The translations under genes and the position numbers were made by a program. Below the pieces are notes generated by a model. That model was not told the DNA's origin. It worked only from the letters and a program-made list of their open reading frames with translations, and searched no databases. Below are positions 25,101-36,445 of a stretch of DNA of 64,000 nucleotides, piece after piece. The stretch is from contig CM059432.1 in the NCBI GenBank assembly GCA_030390025.1, forward strand, positions 41,294,001 through 41,358,000. Direction: 5' to 3'. The stretch's first letter is position 1, and each line of letters opens with the position of its first letter. The stretch comes from Squalus acanthias (Eukaryota).

Positions 25101-27319
25101 ACTTAGCCACGGATGACTGTCCTTTCTTTTACACCCTTTTCTTTTCAGTGGAATATATTTTTTTTGGAAGTTGTAAAATAACTCCTTGAATGTACACCAC
25201 TGATCATGTGTCGTCTTACCCTTTAATCTATTTTCCCAATCCACTCTACTCAATTCCGCTCGCATACCTTCATAGTCTCCTTTATTCAAGCTTAGCACGC
25301 TTGTTTGAGATCCAACCTTCTCACCCTCTAATTGAATATGGAATTCAACCATGTTATGGTCACTCATTCCAAGGGGATCCTTTACTAGGACATTTTTAAT
25401 TAATCCTGTCTCGTTACACAGGACCAGATCTAAGGTTGCTTGCCCCCTGGTCGGTTCAGTTACATACTGCTCAAGAAACCCATCCCTAATACACTCAATG
25501 AACTCATCCTCAAGGCAGCCCTGCCCCATTTGATTTGTCCAATTAATATGATAGTTAAAATCCCCCATAATTATAGATGTTCCCTTATTACATGCCTCAA
25601 CTATTTCCTGATTGATACTCCGTCCAATAGAGTTGCAACTGTTCGGAGGCCTATAGACTACGCCCACTAATGTTTTTTTCCCCTTATTATTCCTTATCTC
25701 CACCCAAACTGTTTCATTATCATGATTTTTTGACCCAATATCATGACTCTGTATTACAGTGATTCCTTCCTTTATTAACATAGCCACCCCACCTCCCCTT
25801 CCTTCCTGCCTGTCCTTCCTGATCGTTAAATAACCTGGTATGTTTAATTCCCAGGCATTGTCACCCTGCAGCCATGTTTCTGTAATGGCCACAATATCAT
25901 AACCATATGTAGTTATTTGTGCCATTAACTCGTCTATTTTGTTACGAATGCTACGTGCATTCAGATAGAGAACTTTCAAATATGCTTTGTGGCACTTAGT
26001 TCCTGCTTTTTCACTTTTTACCAGTTTACCTTTTACTCCACACACTCTGTCCCTTCCTGCCACGCTCTGATTTGTGATTCCCCTACTGCTACCTATGTCT
26101 ATGACCCTCTCTGTTGTCATTTTTATTTTTTGCTCTCTTGAAACCTCCCCCCCACTAATTAGTTTAAAGCCCTCTCCACAGCCCTAGTTATTCCTCCCTT
26201 ACTGCCACCCTGTCCTCACGCTAAAGCCACTCTTGTACCTCCCTGCTTTCAGATGGTGATTCACCAGCTGAGGAGATGGTCCCTGAAGCTGCCACTGGGA
26301 GTGATGCTGCAGCTGAGGAGGAAGAGGAAGCCAGAGCATCAGTGCCACCCTCTCCCGAGGAAGCCCATGGCCACACTGGGAACACGCCTTCCCCGGAGGG
26401 GAGCAGGGGGGAAGGGGCTGATGATGGTGAAGTTCCAGGACCCAGCGGGCTGCAGCAACGCCATTGGGGGGGGAGGGAAGAACGGGGGAGCAGGGGGGAA
26501 GGGGCTGATGATGGTGAAGCTCCAGGACCCAGCGGGCTGCAGCCACGCCATGGGGGGGGGAGGGAAGAACGGGAGCCTTCTCCCCAGAGGGAGAGTATGC
26601 CAGACACTCCTAATGCAATGGACGCAGAGGAGGAGCGGCTGATTGCAGAAATGAACAGCCAGGCGGTGGGCATGCACACTGAGCTCATGGGTGCAGTGGG
26701 AAGGGTGCCCGAATGCATTGAGGCACTGGCAAGGAGTGTGGAGCACTTCGCTGTAGCACAGGCGGATGCCACACTAAAGCTTAGTGCTGCAATTCAGTCA
26801 CTGGCTGCCAGGAACCCATCTGAGACTGCTCTCATGCAGACTCAGATTGAGGCCACGCGAGCACTGACTGCTGCCATCCTCGATGGTTCGTGCACATGTC
26901 CCCGGGGCTGTCACCGCGCCGCAGCAGGCCAGCAATCTGTTCTCCGGCAAATTGCTCCGGATGCTGAAGTGCTGCCCCGTGGGAGTGCCAGTGTGTCGGG
27001 CGAGCAGGGAGTTGCTGTCCTCTCTCACGATGACAGCATTCCTGCTGCCAACACTGTCACTTCTCCACTGCACTTGCCACCGCCTGTAGGACAGACTGCT
27101 GCCGCCCATGCAGAGTTGGTGCAGTCTGCAGCCGGGCCCTCCAGGCCCAGAAGTGGTCGAGGCCGTCCTTCAGGGGCATCTGCAGTGTCAGGGTCTGACA
27201 AGCAGCAGCCTTCCACCAGCCTTGCTGCAGCCACTGAGGTCCCATTACGGAGGAGCAGTAGGGTTAGAAGGGGGGAAGTGCGCAAGGGAAGGAGATCACC
27301 CTCGAAGGGCAAAAAGTAG
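22152..27319 (+). CDS. Harbinger #2 Myb/SANT-like (trihelix) DNA-binding protein; exons 22152-22388, 22673-22835, 26253-27319 (488 aa predicted)
   Basis: Exon 1 reads MERVRERAHRFTERALDALVDAVERRRCMLF...RVWREVAQSVSSRSMVPRTHVQCRKKFNDL then GTGAGT. Exon 2 reads AKLAHNRRQQQRTGGG then GTAAGG. The exon 3 acceptor CTTTCAG is phase 1 and in frame with the 347-aa ORF. Total 1467 nt. Confidence 0.85.
22933..26190 (-). mobile_element. Young CR1 LINE (end of ORF1, APE+RT ORF2 with a single frameshift near 24740, 3' UTR), antisense in intron 2 of the Harbinger #2 Myb gene
   Basis: APE motifs YLNARSIRNK, ITETWL, MGDFN, SDH (26120-24735). RT motifs YRPVSLTS, QGSVLGP, FADD (24696-23170). TTAT at both junctions. 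Confidence 0.97.
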
Positions 27320-27613
27320 GAGGTGTGCCAAAATGCTGGTCATTTTTTTATTAAAGGCCGAGGTTCATGGCCCAACTTTTGTTTAGTGTTTTGGACATTA
27401 TCTCCAGGTTGTGAGAACCAGTTATGTTATTGACTGTTTTTTTGTGTTTATTTCTATGAGTTTGTCATGAGGAATTGACACACACAGAGTTTGTACAATA
27501 AATAAGTTTCTGTATTCAAAATATACATGGCTGGTGGTTGGAATTATTGGTGCCTTGGCCGGCTTAGGGGTTGCGTGCTGGGTTGATTCGTGTTTGTAGC
27601 AATGGCAGGGGCC

Positions 27614-28774
27614 CTAGAAGCGGCTTGCTATTAGTCGTTGACGGACGGCCCTTGCAGTTTGACCATTGTGGGCCGCCCTCCTGCCTTGGTGCTGCTGCTG
27701 ATCATCGTCCTCGGCCTGTTCCTCCTCTTCCTCCTCCTCCTCTTGTGGTGCTGCAAGGCCTGGTGGCATTGGCTGCGTCCTGAGGATTGCCATGTTGTGC
27801 AACATGCAGCACACCACTACGAATTTGGAAACTTGATCAGGCGAGTACTGCAGGGCTCCTCCGGAATGGTCCAGACAGCGGAATCGTTGTTTGAGCACGC
27901 CGATTGTGCGCTCAATAATGTTCCTGGTTGCTTGTTGGCTTTCCTGGTACCGCAGCTCAGCAGGGGTGTTTGGCGCACGGAGCGGTGTCATCAGCCAGGT
28001 GCTCAATGCGTACCCCTTGTCCCCCAGAAGCCAACCAACTGGCTGATGCGGTGCCTCGAAAATTTCTGCCACAGTACTCTGGCGCAGGATGAAAGCATCG
28101 TGGCAGCTGCCCGGATAGTGGGCATTGACAGCGAGAATCACCTGTCTGTGGTCACAGACCAACTGCACATTCAAGGAATGGAACCCCTTTCTGTTCCGGA
28201 ACTCCTCTGCATTCTCTCGCGGAGCACGCAAAGCCACATGCATGCAGTCAATGGCGCCCTGCACCATGGGGAAGCCCGCTACCCTCGCAAAGCCCATAGC
28301 ACGGTCATGCTGCTTGTCTGGGGTCATAGGGAAGGAGATGAAGTCTCGTCTCCTTGTGAAGAGGGCATTGGTGACCTGCCGGATGCAGCGATGCACCGCA
28401 AACTGGGAGATATTGGCGAGGTCCCCAACAGCAGCTTGGAATGAGCCAGTGGCGTAGAAGTTCAAAGCCACTGTGACCTTCACTGCCACCGACAGAGACG
28501 TCCTGGACCTCAGCTGAGGCTGCAGATCTGGCTGCAGCAGGTGGCAGAGCTCAGTGACCACCTCCTTGCTGAATCGCAGCCTTCGCAAACACAGCTCCTC
28601 GGACATGTGGATGTAGGAGAGCTGTTCACGATATACCCTGGGAGGGTAAGCTCTCCTGTACATACGCCTGATGGCCCTCCTCCGTCTGGCCATCATTGCC
28701 ACTCTCTGTCTGCGTCTCACTATCCTCCGATTGAGCTGGAGCAGGACGACGCCCCCAATCATTGCAGCCCCCAT
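27614..28774 (-). CDS. Harbinger #2 DDE transposase, 386 aa, uninterrupted
   Basis: HTH region LRFSKEVVTELC...ALNFYATGSFQ. Catalytic motifs GAIDCMHV, PGSCHDA, LLGDKGY, IIERTIGVLKQRFRCL. Acidic tail. Confidence 0.95.
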   Translation of the reverse strand: MGAAMIGGVVLLQLNRRIVRRRQRVAMMARRRRAIRRMYRRAYPPRVYREQLSYIHMSEELCLRRLRFSKEVVTELCHLLQPDLQPQLRSRTSLSVAVKVTVALNFYATGSFQAAVGDLANISQFAVHRCIRQVTNALFTRRRDFISFPMTPDKQHDRAMGFARVAGFPMVQGAIDCMHVALRAPRENAEEFRNRKGFHSLNVQLVCDHRQVILAVNAHYPGSCHDAFILRQSTVAEIFEAPHQPVGWLLGDKGYALSTWLMTPLRAPNTPAELRYQESQQATRNIIERTIGVLKQRFRCLDHSGGALQYSPDQVSKFVVVCCMLHNMAILRTQPMPPGLAAPQEEEEEEEEQAEDDDQQQHQGRRAAHNGQTARAVRQRLIASRF

Positions 28775-28969
28775 ATTCTCTTTGCCAGAAAAGTAATGAG
28801 GTACAGCAACGAAAGTAGCAGCAAAGTTAGGATGAACTAGGCAAAACTACCTCACAAAGCGTTGAGTCAATGTAGAAGTCTCTCTCTCTCTCTCTCCGAA
28901 TCTCTCTCTCTCTCTCAGAACGAGTGGTGCATAAATGTCGACCACAGAAAAAGACAGGAAGAGGCCCCC

Positions 28970-29114
28970 TTTAAATAGCGCCCCCCCCAGCCCCACACCG
29001 ATTGATAACGTTCCAGTCTTCCGGTCGTTGGAAACGCCAGGCGGTAAGGCAGGGGGCGCCACTCAATTTCCGCTCCGGGGCGCCCCAAGGGCGTTGCACC
29101 ACGGAATGACGTCA
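28970..29114 (-). promoter_or_regulatory. Putative Harbinger #2 transposase promoter (TATTTAAA box and TGACGTCA CRE)
   Basis: TTTAAATA at 28970-28977 and TGACGTCA at 29107-29114. Both are retained in the related MITE (59958-59965 and 59821-59828). Confidence 0.55.
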
Positions 29115-29571
29115 CAATCTGCGCGCGCAGGTGGTCGCAGCGGTAAGCTTTAGCGCCGCCGCACAATCTCAAGTTAAGTTCTCGAGCGGCGCAAACAGTG
29201 CTGCGCCCGGGCGTTAGCGCCTTAACGCCCCATTAGCGCCCTTTTAAGGCGCTAACGGGAGGCGCAACCAACTGAATTTTTACCCCTATGATTCTACGTC
29301 CTTAAATATAGGCACTGGAAACGAGTCATTGATTACATCATCAGACCCATACCATTTAATAGGGCCAGGAAACGCGCGTGACTCTTTCAATTGGGGCCAT
29401 TAAGTGAAAGTCGCTCTGAGCAGCGCATTGCGCAGAACATCATGTTTTGGACTTGCTACGCCGCCCGCACGCACCAAAATGGACGCAAAGGTGAAAATTC
29501 CGGCTGTAGTTTTTTATGTTATATAAGTCTTCCAGATCTTACAATTGAAGTTGTGTTTTGTGGGTAGTCAC

Positions 29572-30356
29572 CTTAGTATAGTCAAAGTGTTAACTTCAAA
29601 AGAGCTTTTAATAATGATAGGGTGTATTATATTTTGATTCAGCTGGAAGTCATCTTCTAAGAAATCTGAATTTTGGTCCAGTCCAAAGATCCTGATTTAG
29701 AAGTATCTACCCCTCTAAGAAAAGACCAGTGCACAATGGGACAGTTTGCTGTCTTTTTTCAGTCTAGCTGATAATATTTTATTGGCCGTACACCATGGAT
29801 TTAAACTCTGGCATGTTTCTGATGACAGGGAGAAAACTATTTTGTGATGGTACCTGTATGAACTGTTTATAGTGGGCCCAGGCTTCTGGCATGTCCAATT
29901 TTACCTGGTAGTCAGGTGCATCCATGGTATCTGATTTCCTCATTCCACCATTATTGTGACTCTGACCTTGGGAGCCTCGAAGTATCTTTGGTTATTGTGA
30001 CAATGTGTGTGCTATTGTAACAGAACCTTAAATATAGCAGAGAAAAACGACAGGACCAAAGTTCAATCACCATATATTGAGATAACAATTGTGATTCAGA
30101 GTCTTACCTTGAGGGTGTGTGTGTGTGTGTCATTTTACAATTCAAGTTTCATCCCCAAGATATAAAAAATGATTAACAAAACAAGCTATTGTTAAGTCTT
30201 ACTTAGTATAGTCAAAGTGTTAACTTCAAAAAAGCTTTTAATAATGATAGGGTATATTATATTCTGATTCAGCTGGAAGTCATCTCCTAAGAAATCTGAA
30301 TTTTGGTCCAGTCCAATGATCCTGATTTAGAAGTATCTACCCCTCTAAGAAAAGAC
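29572..30356 (+). repeat. 155-bp direct repeat pair (29572-29726 and 30202-30356)
   Basis: CTTAGTATAGTCAAAGTG...CCCTCTAAGAAAAGAC occurs twice, 630 bp apart, with about 5 substitutions by eye. Confidence 0.92.
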
Positions 30357-31429
30357 TGTTTACTAGCTTTTTAAAAAATTTATGTTATTTCATACTTTCC
30401 TGCCTTTGTCACATTCCTAATGCCTATTATCTCCTTTTTAAAAATTATTTTCACAGTATGTAGCAAGGAATTTTGAGGGGAGTCAGCTTCTCATTTGATA
30501 AAATACTTTGATACCATGTGCTAATGCAGCATTGTCCAATATAAATTGTTGACTAGCCACAGGCATGGCTACGACAACATAATTTTAGCCCCATGCATTA
30601 ATTTTAGCAGAAAATGCCTTACATACAATACAGATAAATGTACTTGACATGTATATTTACTTGCCCTTTGCCACGATGTGCACTGATGGAGCTGCTTGCT
30701 ATTGGTTGGACCTGCTTTCTTCTGCTGGACTGGACCGATTATTCTGATTGGTCGAACTAACCATGATGACAGCTCCCCTCTCCATAAAATGTTGCTGGTG
30801 TTCCCATGGTTCTGAGGTCTGGTGTTTTCTCCAGTATTACACACCATTTTAGCAGGCAGCATACACAACGATCAAAAAAACCCTCACACACTTTACTTTT
30901 TGTTGCACCATTTTACCAAACGCACAAAAGGTTAAAGTATACATGCATACGCTGTGAAAATATGAATATTGAGATCACATGCCCAACAACGGTGTCTGTT
31001 ACTATTTTTTTGATTTACTAATCAAAAATGTAATTAACCACATCTGGATTCCCAATGAGCCACATGTGGCTAATGTATTGTCAACACTGGCTAGTGTACT
31101 AGGGATTGTGTTGAACTGGAAATTGTTAGTGAAGCAGACAGAATTATGAGACACAGTTGTCCTGACCGGGACCAATGGAATGAATGGTGGAGGGGAATTA
31201 TTTTAGGCAATTACCATTCTTTGTACTGTTCAACATTATTAGCTCATTTGCTCTACAATCCATAAATAGCAAGTGTAGTGACCTCTGTCCCTCTGGAGGG
31301 TTCATATCATATTTGATATTCTAAAGTTAACAACAACTACTTCAAAATATCTGAAACCCTTCCTGAATGAAAAATAGCTTCAAAGGCTGAATCACAGTAA
31401 CCCCAAATGCTGGAAAATGCGCCAATGAA

Positions 31430-31760
31430 GTACTTTTTTAAAGTGTTGTAATGATAGGAAATGCAGCAGCCAATGGGTCCCACAAGCAACAATGAGATAA
31501 TGACCAGATAATCTATTTTAGTGATGTTGGTTGAGAGATAAATGCCAGGATACCAGGCGAACCCCAGTACTCTTCCAATAATGCCATGTGATCCTTTACA
31601 TCTACCTGAGAGATCAGACGGGGCCTCAGTTTAACATATCATCTGAAAAATGGCGCCTCCAAGTATCAGCCTAGATCATGTGTCCAAGTCTCTGGATTGG
31701 GGATGAAACCACAGCCTTCTGACTCAGAGGCGACAGTGCTACCATTGATCCAAGGCTGGC
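31430..31760 (-). mobile_element. DeuSINE (SacSINE1-like)
   Basis: GGGGCCTCAGTTTAACATATCATCTGAAAAATGGCGCCTCC Deu-like block and tRNA-like head (TTCTGACTCAGAGGCGACAGTGCTACC on +). Confidence 0.7.
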
Positions 31761-32799
31761 TCCTGTGGCCCTTTAAATTCTGATCGGGGCCGTGGACGGA
31801 TCTTCCGCCTGTGGCTCCTATGTTGGAGGGCATTTATGGGTTAGTTGCCGGGCTACACCTGCTGAGAGTTAGCATGAGTTCTGTTGAAGCCTGTGGAAAG
31901 GGCCCAGACCGTTATTGGGTCCAAGTAATCGATAACCTTCCCAAAGAGGCCTGCTTGCTCCTCCGGGAGCGGAGGAGGTAAAGAACAGGAGTTTCTTTGG
32001 AGCCTGGCTGAGCTTACTCTTGGCCGTCAGAGCTGCATGGTGCCACTCTGACAATCCAGCTGACCGTTTGGGAGGGTACTGCTGATGTACCCTTGCAGGC
32101 GCAATGCACCAACCCGGGCCATTCAAATGATCCTGCCCCCCGGGATTTTGGATGGGGTCTCTGGCTTGGTGCTAAGTTGGGCAGGGGTTCTGTTCCACTG
32201 AAGTTGTGTCAGTAGAGTCTCATGAATTTGGGGTCCATTAACTGGTTATTTGTCCTGTTTCAGCTTGTTGGAAGTTCATCTGCACAAAACGGCAGCCAAA
32301 TTTGCCTACATAACAACAGTCGCTGCACTCCAAAAAACGTGGCTCATTTAGTGATGCACTTTGAGACATTTCAACAACACAGATAAGGCACCATATAAAT
32401 GTAAGTTTTTATTTTCATTTAACATTAATTTAACGACCAAGATTTTTTTCACCTCAATTTTCTCCCCTCCTATCCTAAAGACACATTCCACAGGTGTCAA
32501 CCATCCCCTGTTATCTCACCTAAGTAGGCATTCTTCATGTGTGAACTTAGCGTAATGATTGGCTGTTTGACTGTGGAAGACATAACAGCTGAATCCAACC
32601 CTGCCCTCACCCGAAATTCACATACCTGCTCTTTTCAGCAGCTGTCACTCGATAGCAATCAAAAGTGAGAATCTCGCTGCTTTTTCAAATGGCATCTCTA
32701 ACCCAGATAGGCTGACGTCAATTGCAGTGCTCCTGCTAAATTCACCTAAAAAATGTATTTCACTATGTGTAAAAGGTTCTATTGTCAGGACAATGTACA

Positions 32800-33310
32800 A
32801 AATAGCTGAGGACAACTAAAGGCACTTTGATGCTGAGATGACATTTGCAAAAGGATAGTGGGCAATTGCAGTAGTGATGGCAAGACGGTCATGTTAGTAA
32901 TCAGAGAATAATCAAGGATTGCATTGATCCTTTGAGGGATTTGCCAGGACAGGTTAGGCAAGAAGATTAAGATATGGCAGATGAGCTAAATAGATATTTT
33001 GCAACAGTTTTGACTTCTGAAGCTAATGTTAGCTTTCCAGTTTTCCATTGTGCAGCTAAAATTGCTTCAGCAGAATTAACGACAGAAATAGTTTTCACTA
33101 AGATTAATGTGCTTAAAGCTGCTGGACCTAATGCTGTATATCCCAAAGTAACTAAAAGAAATAGGGAGGTCATATGTGAGACACTGGCTCATATATTCAA
33201 TAGCTCATTGAGGTTGGTTCCCATGGATTGGAGGGTGGCTTATGTAGTCCCATCATTTAAGAAAGGGAAGAAATTGGATACTGGAAATTAGAAGGCCTTG
33301 AGTTTGACTT
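32800..33310 (+). mobile_element. Degenerate CR1 ORF2 fragment
   Basis: MADELNRYFATV...KAAGPNAVYPKV...HIFNSSL..VPMDWRVAYVVPSFKKG. Confidence 0.75.
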
Positions 33311-36300
33311 TACATATATGCCAGCTGTCTGCAATTCACACTGGCACTCAGTATTTTGGAGGCTGACCCACATGTCAGCTTTTGCTGACAAAAATCAGCA
33401 TGAACCTTGCCTCTGTCCCTTGAGCACCACTCCTAACCAAATCCTGCTGTGAAGTGATTCCCACACGGTAGATGGGAATTCTCATGAGAACAGGTGTTCC
33501 CACCTACACTATCCACTGGCCAGAATCCATTTGCAGCAGGAGTTAGATAGGTTTTCACTGAGGGGTGAAGGAACGGGGAGAAGAATGGATGGCAATGAAG
33601 GGACGCAAATATGTTCCAAGATGGAGATGGGAGGGTTAGAAGAAGTGGAAGTGTTTCTGTGAAAGGTTGGGGAGTTGGATGGCCTACATGTCTTTGTGAA
33701 TGAAATTGGGAGGGTTGGATGTGGGAGAGTGACTGTTGAGGTACCTTTTGCAGAAGTGACAGTCTGGTTGGTCTGCTGAAAGTCCAAACATAACTGTTTT
33801 TCCTTTTTTTAGTTTAAAAATTCATCAGCTGTGAAGTATAAAAGTGCTTAAAATTAACCAAAATACATTTAATGTAAAGAAAATCCAAATTTTATGTTCT
33901 TGGACTCCCCAGAAATGCACCACCAATTTTCACCTGCAGCATTTGCATTTTCCCCTTCAGGATTTTGTGTACTTATGTTTTTTGTTCATCCAATACAAAT
34001 GAAGGAATAACAAGAGAAAATGCTAGAAACACTCAGTAGGTCAGTCAGCATTTGTGGAGTGAACAGGCATGTTGACAAGTTCAGGTGATGATACTTCTGC
34101 AGTTTTATGCTTTTTGTTTATACAAGTCAGGGAGTGTTGTATATTCATACTGCTTAAGTTACAAAGCCCTTGTAAATACATGTTTTGACATGTCCTAGGA
34201 TTATAATTAAGGCTGTTTTTGAGTTGTTAGCTTTTTGCGACTTGTAGCAGATTTTTTGAAATCTGCTGCATGTACAGGCCCAGCTCTGCCTCCCCTCCCC
34301 CACCAGGAATCCCAGGGCATTGTAAAAGGGGCGGAGACTCAGCAAAAGGGTGTCCACCCTTTTTTTTATGACATCTGTTCTGAGGAAATGGGTGTTCATT
34401 GGGAACAAAGGTGAGGAATCCGTCCCTTACATTTTTTCAATAATAGAGATCAAAGGCAGAATGCAATGCTCCTGATACAGCCTTACCAAGACCAGTTGCA
34501 ATTTCAACATCAACTCCTTAGAATTATAAATTAGATCCTTAGTTATAATTAATTTATAGATTGTAACCCAACATTTTATTTGCTTTCCTGACGGCCACTT
34601 GAAACTGAACTGATGGTTTGAACAACCTATCCCTCAGATCTCTTTCCTGCTCTGTTACCTCAAGCATATTGACATATAATCCACATCTCACTTCTTCTAC
34701 CTAATCTTAGGACTTCACATTTTGGATTATCATTGGTTAGCATCATTGATCATGGCAATCAATTTGGTATTATCTGCAAACTTAGATATCTTGGACAATA
34801 TTCCATCCTGCAAGACTGTTTGTCTTCCTCTTCTAAACATGTAGGATAAGGAGATTCCCATTGAGGAAACCAATTGGTGCCAGTAATAGTGCTGGGGGCA
34901 TAAAACAAATTACAATAAATGGAATAAAGGCTTATGACAACCTAAGTAACAGCAGAACAAAATATGAAAACAAGGATAAAAACAGTTAAGAAATGACTTA
35001 AATACACTTGCCTTAACATTACTTTATCTTTTAAATAAGCTTCCATACACTTATCACTGCCTAGCAACTTGAGCAGCCAGTTCATATGGGCAAAAATAGG
35101 AATGGATGTCCTGCATGCACAAAGGTTAAGAAATGATATGCAGGACCTTCCCGCCCACAATTTAGTACCTAAATGATGATCCCACCTAGCAATTGGGCAG
35201 ATCTGTTCTGTCTCTCTCTTTGTCTGTCTTCATAGCTATCTCTGAGTTATGAGGGTGATTTTAACTCGTGAGAGGGAAGCTGGGAGTCTCCATGGGAGGC
35301 CTCAGCTGATTTTAACAGCCAGGCCTCATTTACAGCATGCTGGTTAGCTGACTGCCTGAAACAGGCAGAAAAAGGCAGCTGGCTGGATTCAGGCAGGTTA
35401 AAATAATGGGGCCCAGAAGCTACCTGCCGGCACCAAGGTAGGTTCCGAGGTTGTGGGGGGGGGGGGGGGGGGGGGGAATCGTGGCTGGGTGGGATGGGGA
35501 GGAAGCCTGGGGCAGCAGAGGCCCAGACTTTTATTGTGGGGGCTGGAGGAGTACTCCTGCGTCTTCTGGCCCCACTAAGGAAAGTTTATGACTTACCTTA
35601 GAGGATCTCCTCTTCTTCCTTGCCAGGTTTTACTAAGCAGGGTGTCCATAGCAGATGCTCTGTTCAGTAGGCTGTTGAAATTCCATCAGGCTCCTATGGA
35701 CGACATAGTACCGCAATTAGTATATATCAATGAGGGTTCCGTCTATTAGATGGGCGCCTCGGCGGCCTAAGAAAATGACTCTGCTAAAATGGCAGCAGGC
35801 GGGAATCAAGCGGGAATGGGGCAGTAAGTCTTTGCACAGCTATTATAATTGGGTGGGATGAGTTCAAGTTTTCCCCATACATGGGACATATCCAGGTATA
35901 GGTGGTGGGATGCTCCCAACCACGATTCTGGGGCTGATCCTGCCAAAATTCGAAGGATTAAGGGAATTAGTTTAAATGCCAATGGCAGGCATCAATGTGC
36001 ATCTTGGGTGGCTGCCTGTTCGGAGAGGCCGGGAATCCTAGTTTATGCTGACCACTCTGGAAGGGGTTCCTTGGGGCCTCCCCAACAACATCTTAATAAT
36101 GTCCCTATCGGCTCCCTTTATAAGAGGGCCCAAAATTTTACCTGAATTTTCAAGCATTCAGTACTCACATAGGTGGGTCCCGCAACTGCCATTCCTGAGG
36201 CTGATATGCTTTGTTCTTCTGGTGCACCAGCCGCCAATCCTCTCGCTGAAATTTCCCAGGCTGAGGGTGCAGGATCCCCAGGCAGAGAGTACCTGCTCCC

Positions 36301-36445
36301 ATCCCCTCCCCGTCCTAACCCAAATGCCTTTGTTGTTAGGAAGGAGCAGCTGCATAAAACAAGTATTGTTGCCAGGACCAGCTGATGAAGGCAGAAATGG
36401 GGTTTTAAAGGCATTGTTACACACTTTGGTTCTGCCTTAGATATT

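Larger units (their letters stand above)
21794..29286 (-). mobile_element. PIF/Harbinger DNA transposon #2, apparently complete and autonomous (about 4.2 kb without the intronic CR1)
   Basis: TIRs GGGGTAGAAATT and AATTTTTACCCC (11/12 match). Perfect 3-bp TSD TAT at 21791-21793 and 29287-29289. Convergent Myb-like (+) and transposase (-) genes. Confidence 0.95.
19051..29301. mobile_element. Unclassified non-coding element flanked by the 8-bp direct repeat TTAAATAT (own sequence 19051-21514 plus 29297-29301; the rest is nested inserts)
   Basis: TTAAATAT at 19043-19050 and 29302-29309. Subterminal inverted repeat GTGATTATTTGCA / TGCAAATAAACAC. Contains GA-rich tracts and GGAGAAGGTCAGGAACT repeats. 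Confidence 0.6.
15050..29505 (+). mobile_element. PIF/Harbinger DNA transposon #1 (decayed, two convergent genes), interrupted by a nested insertion of about 10 kb at 19051-29301
   Basis: Perfect 12-bp inverted repeat GCCGGAATTTTC (15051-15062) and GAAAATTCCGGC (29493-29504). Transposase on +, Myb/SANT gene on -. The TSD is imperfect (ATA/GTA). Confidence 0.75.

Noticed and set aside
27614..28774. Domesticated host genes HARBI1 or NAIF1/MSANTD
   Set aside because: The ORFs lie between TIRs with a TSD inside a CR1 tail, so they belong to a transposon copy.
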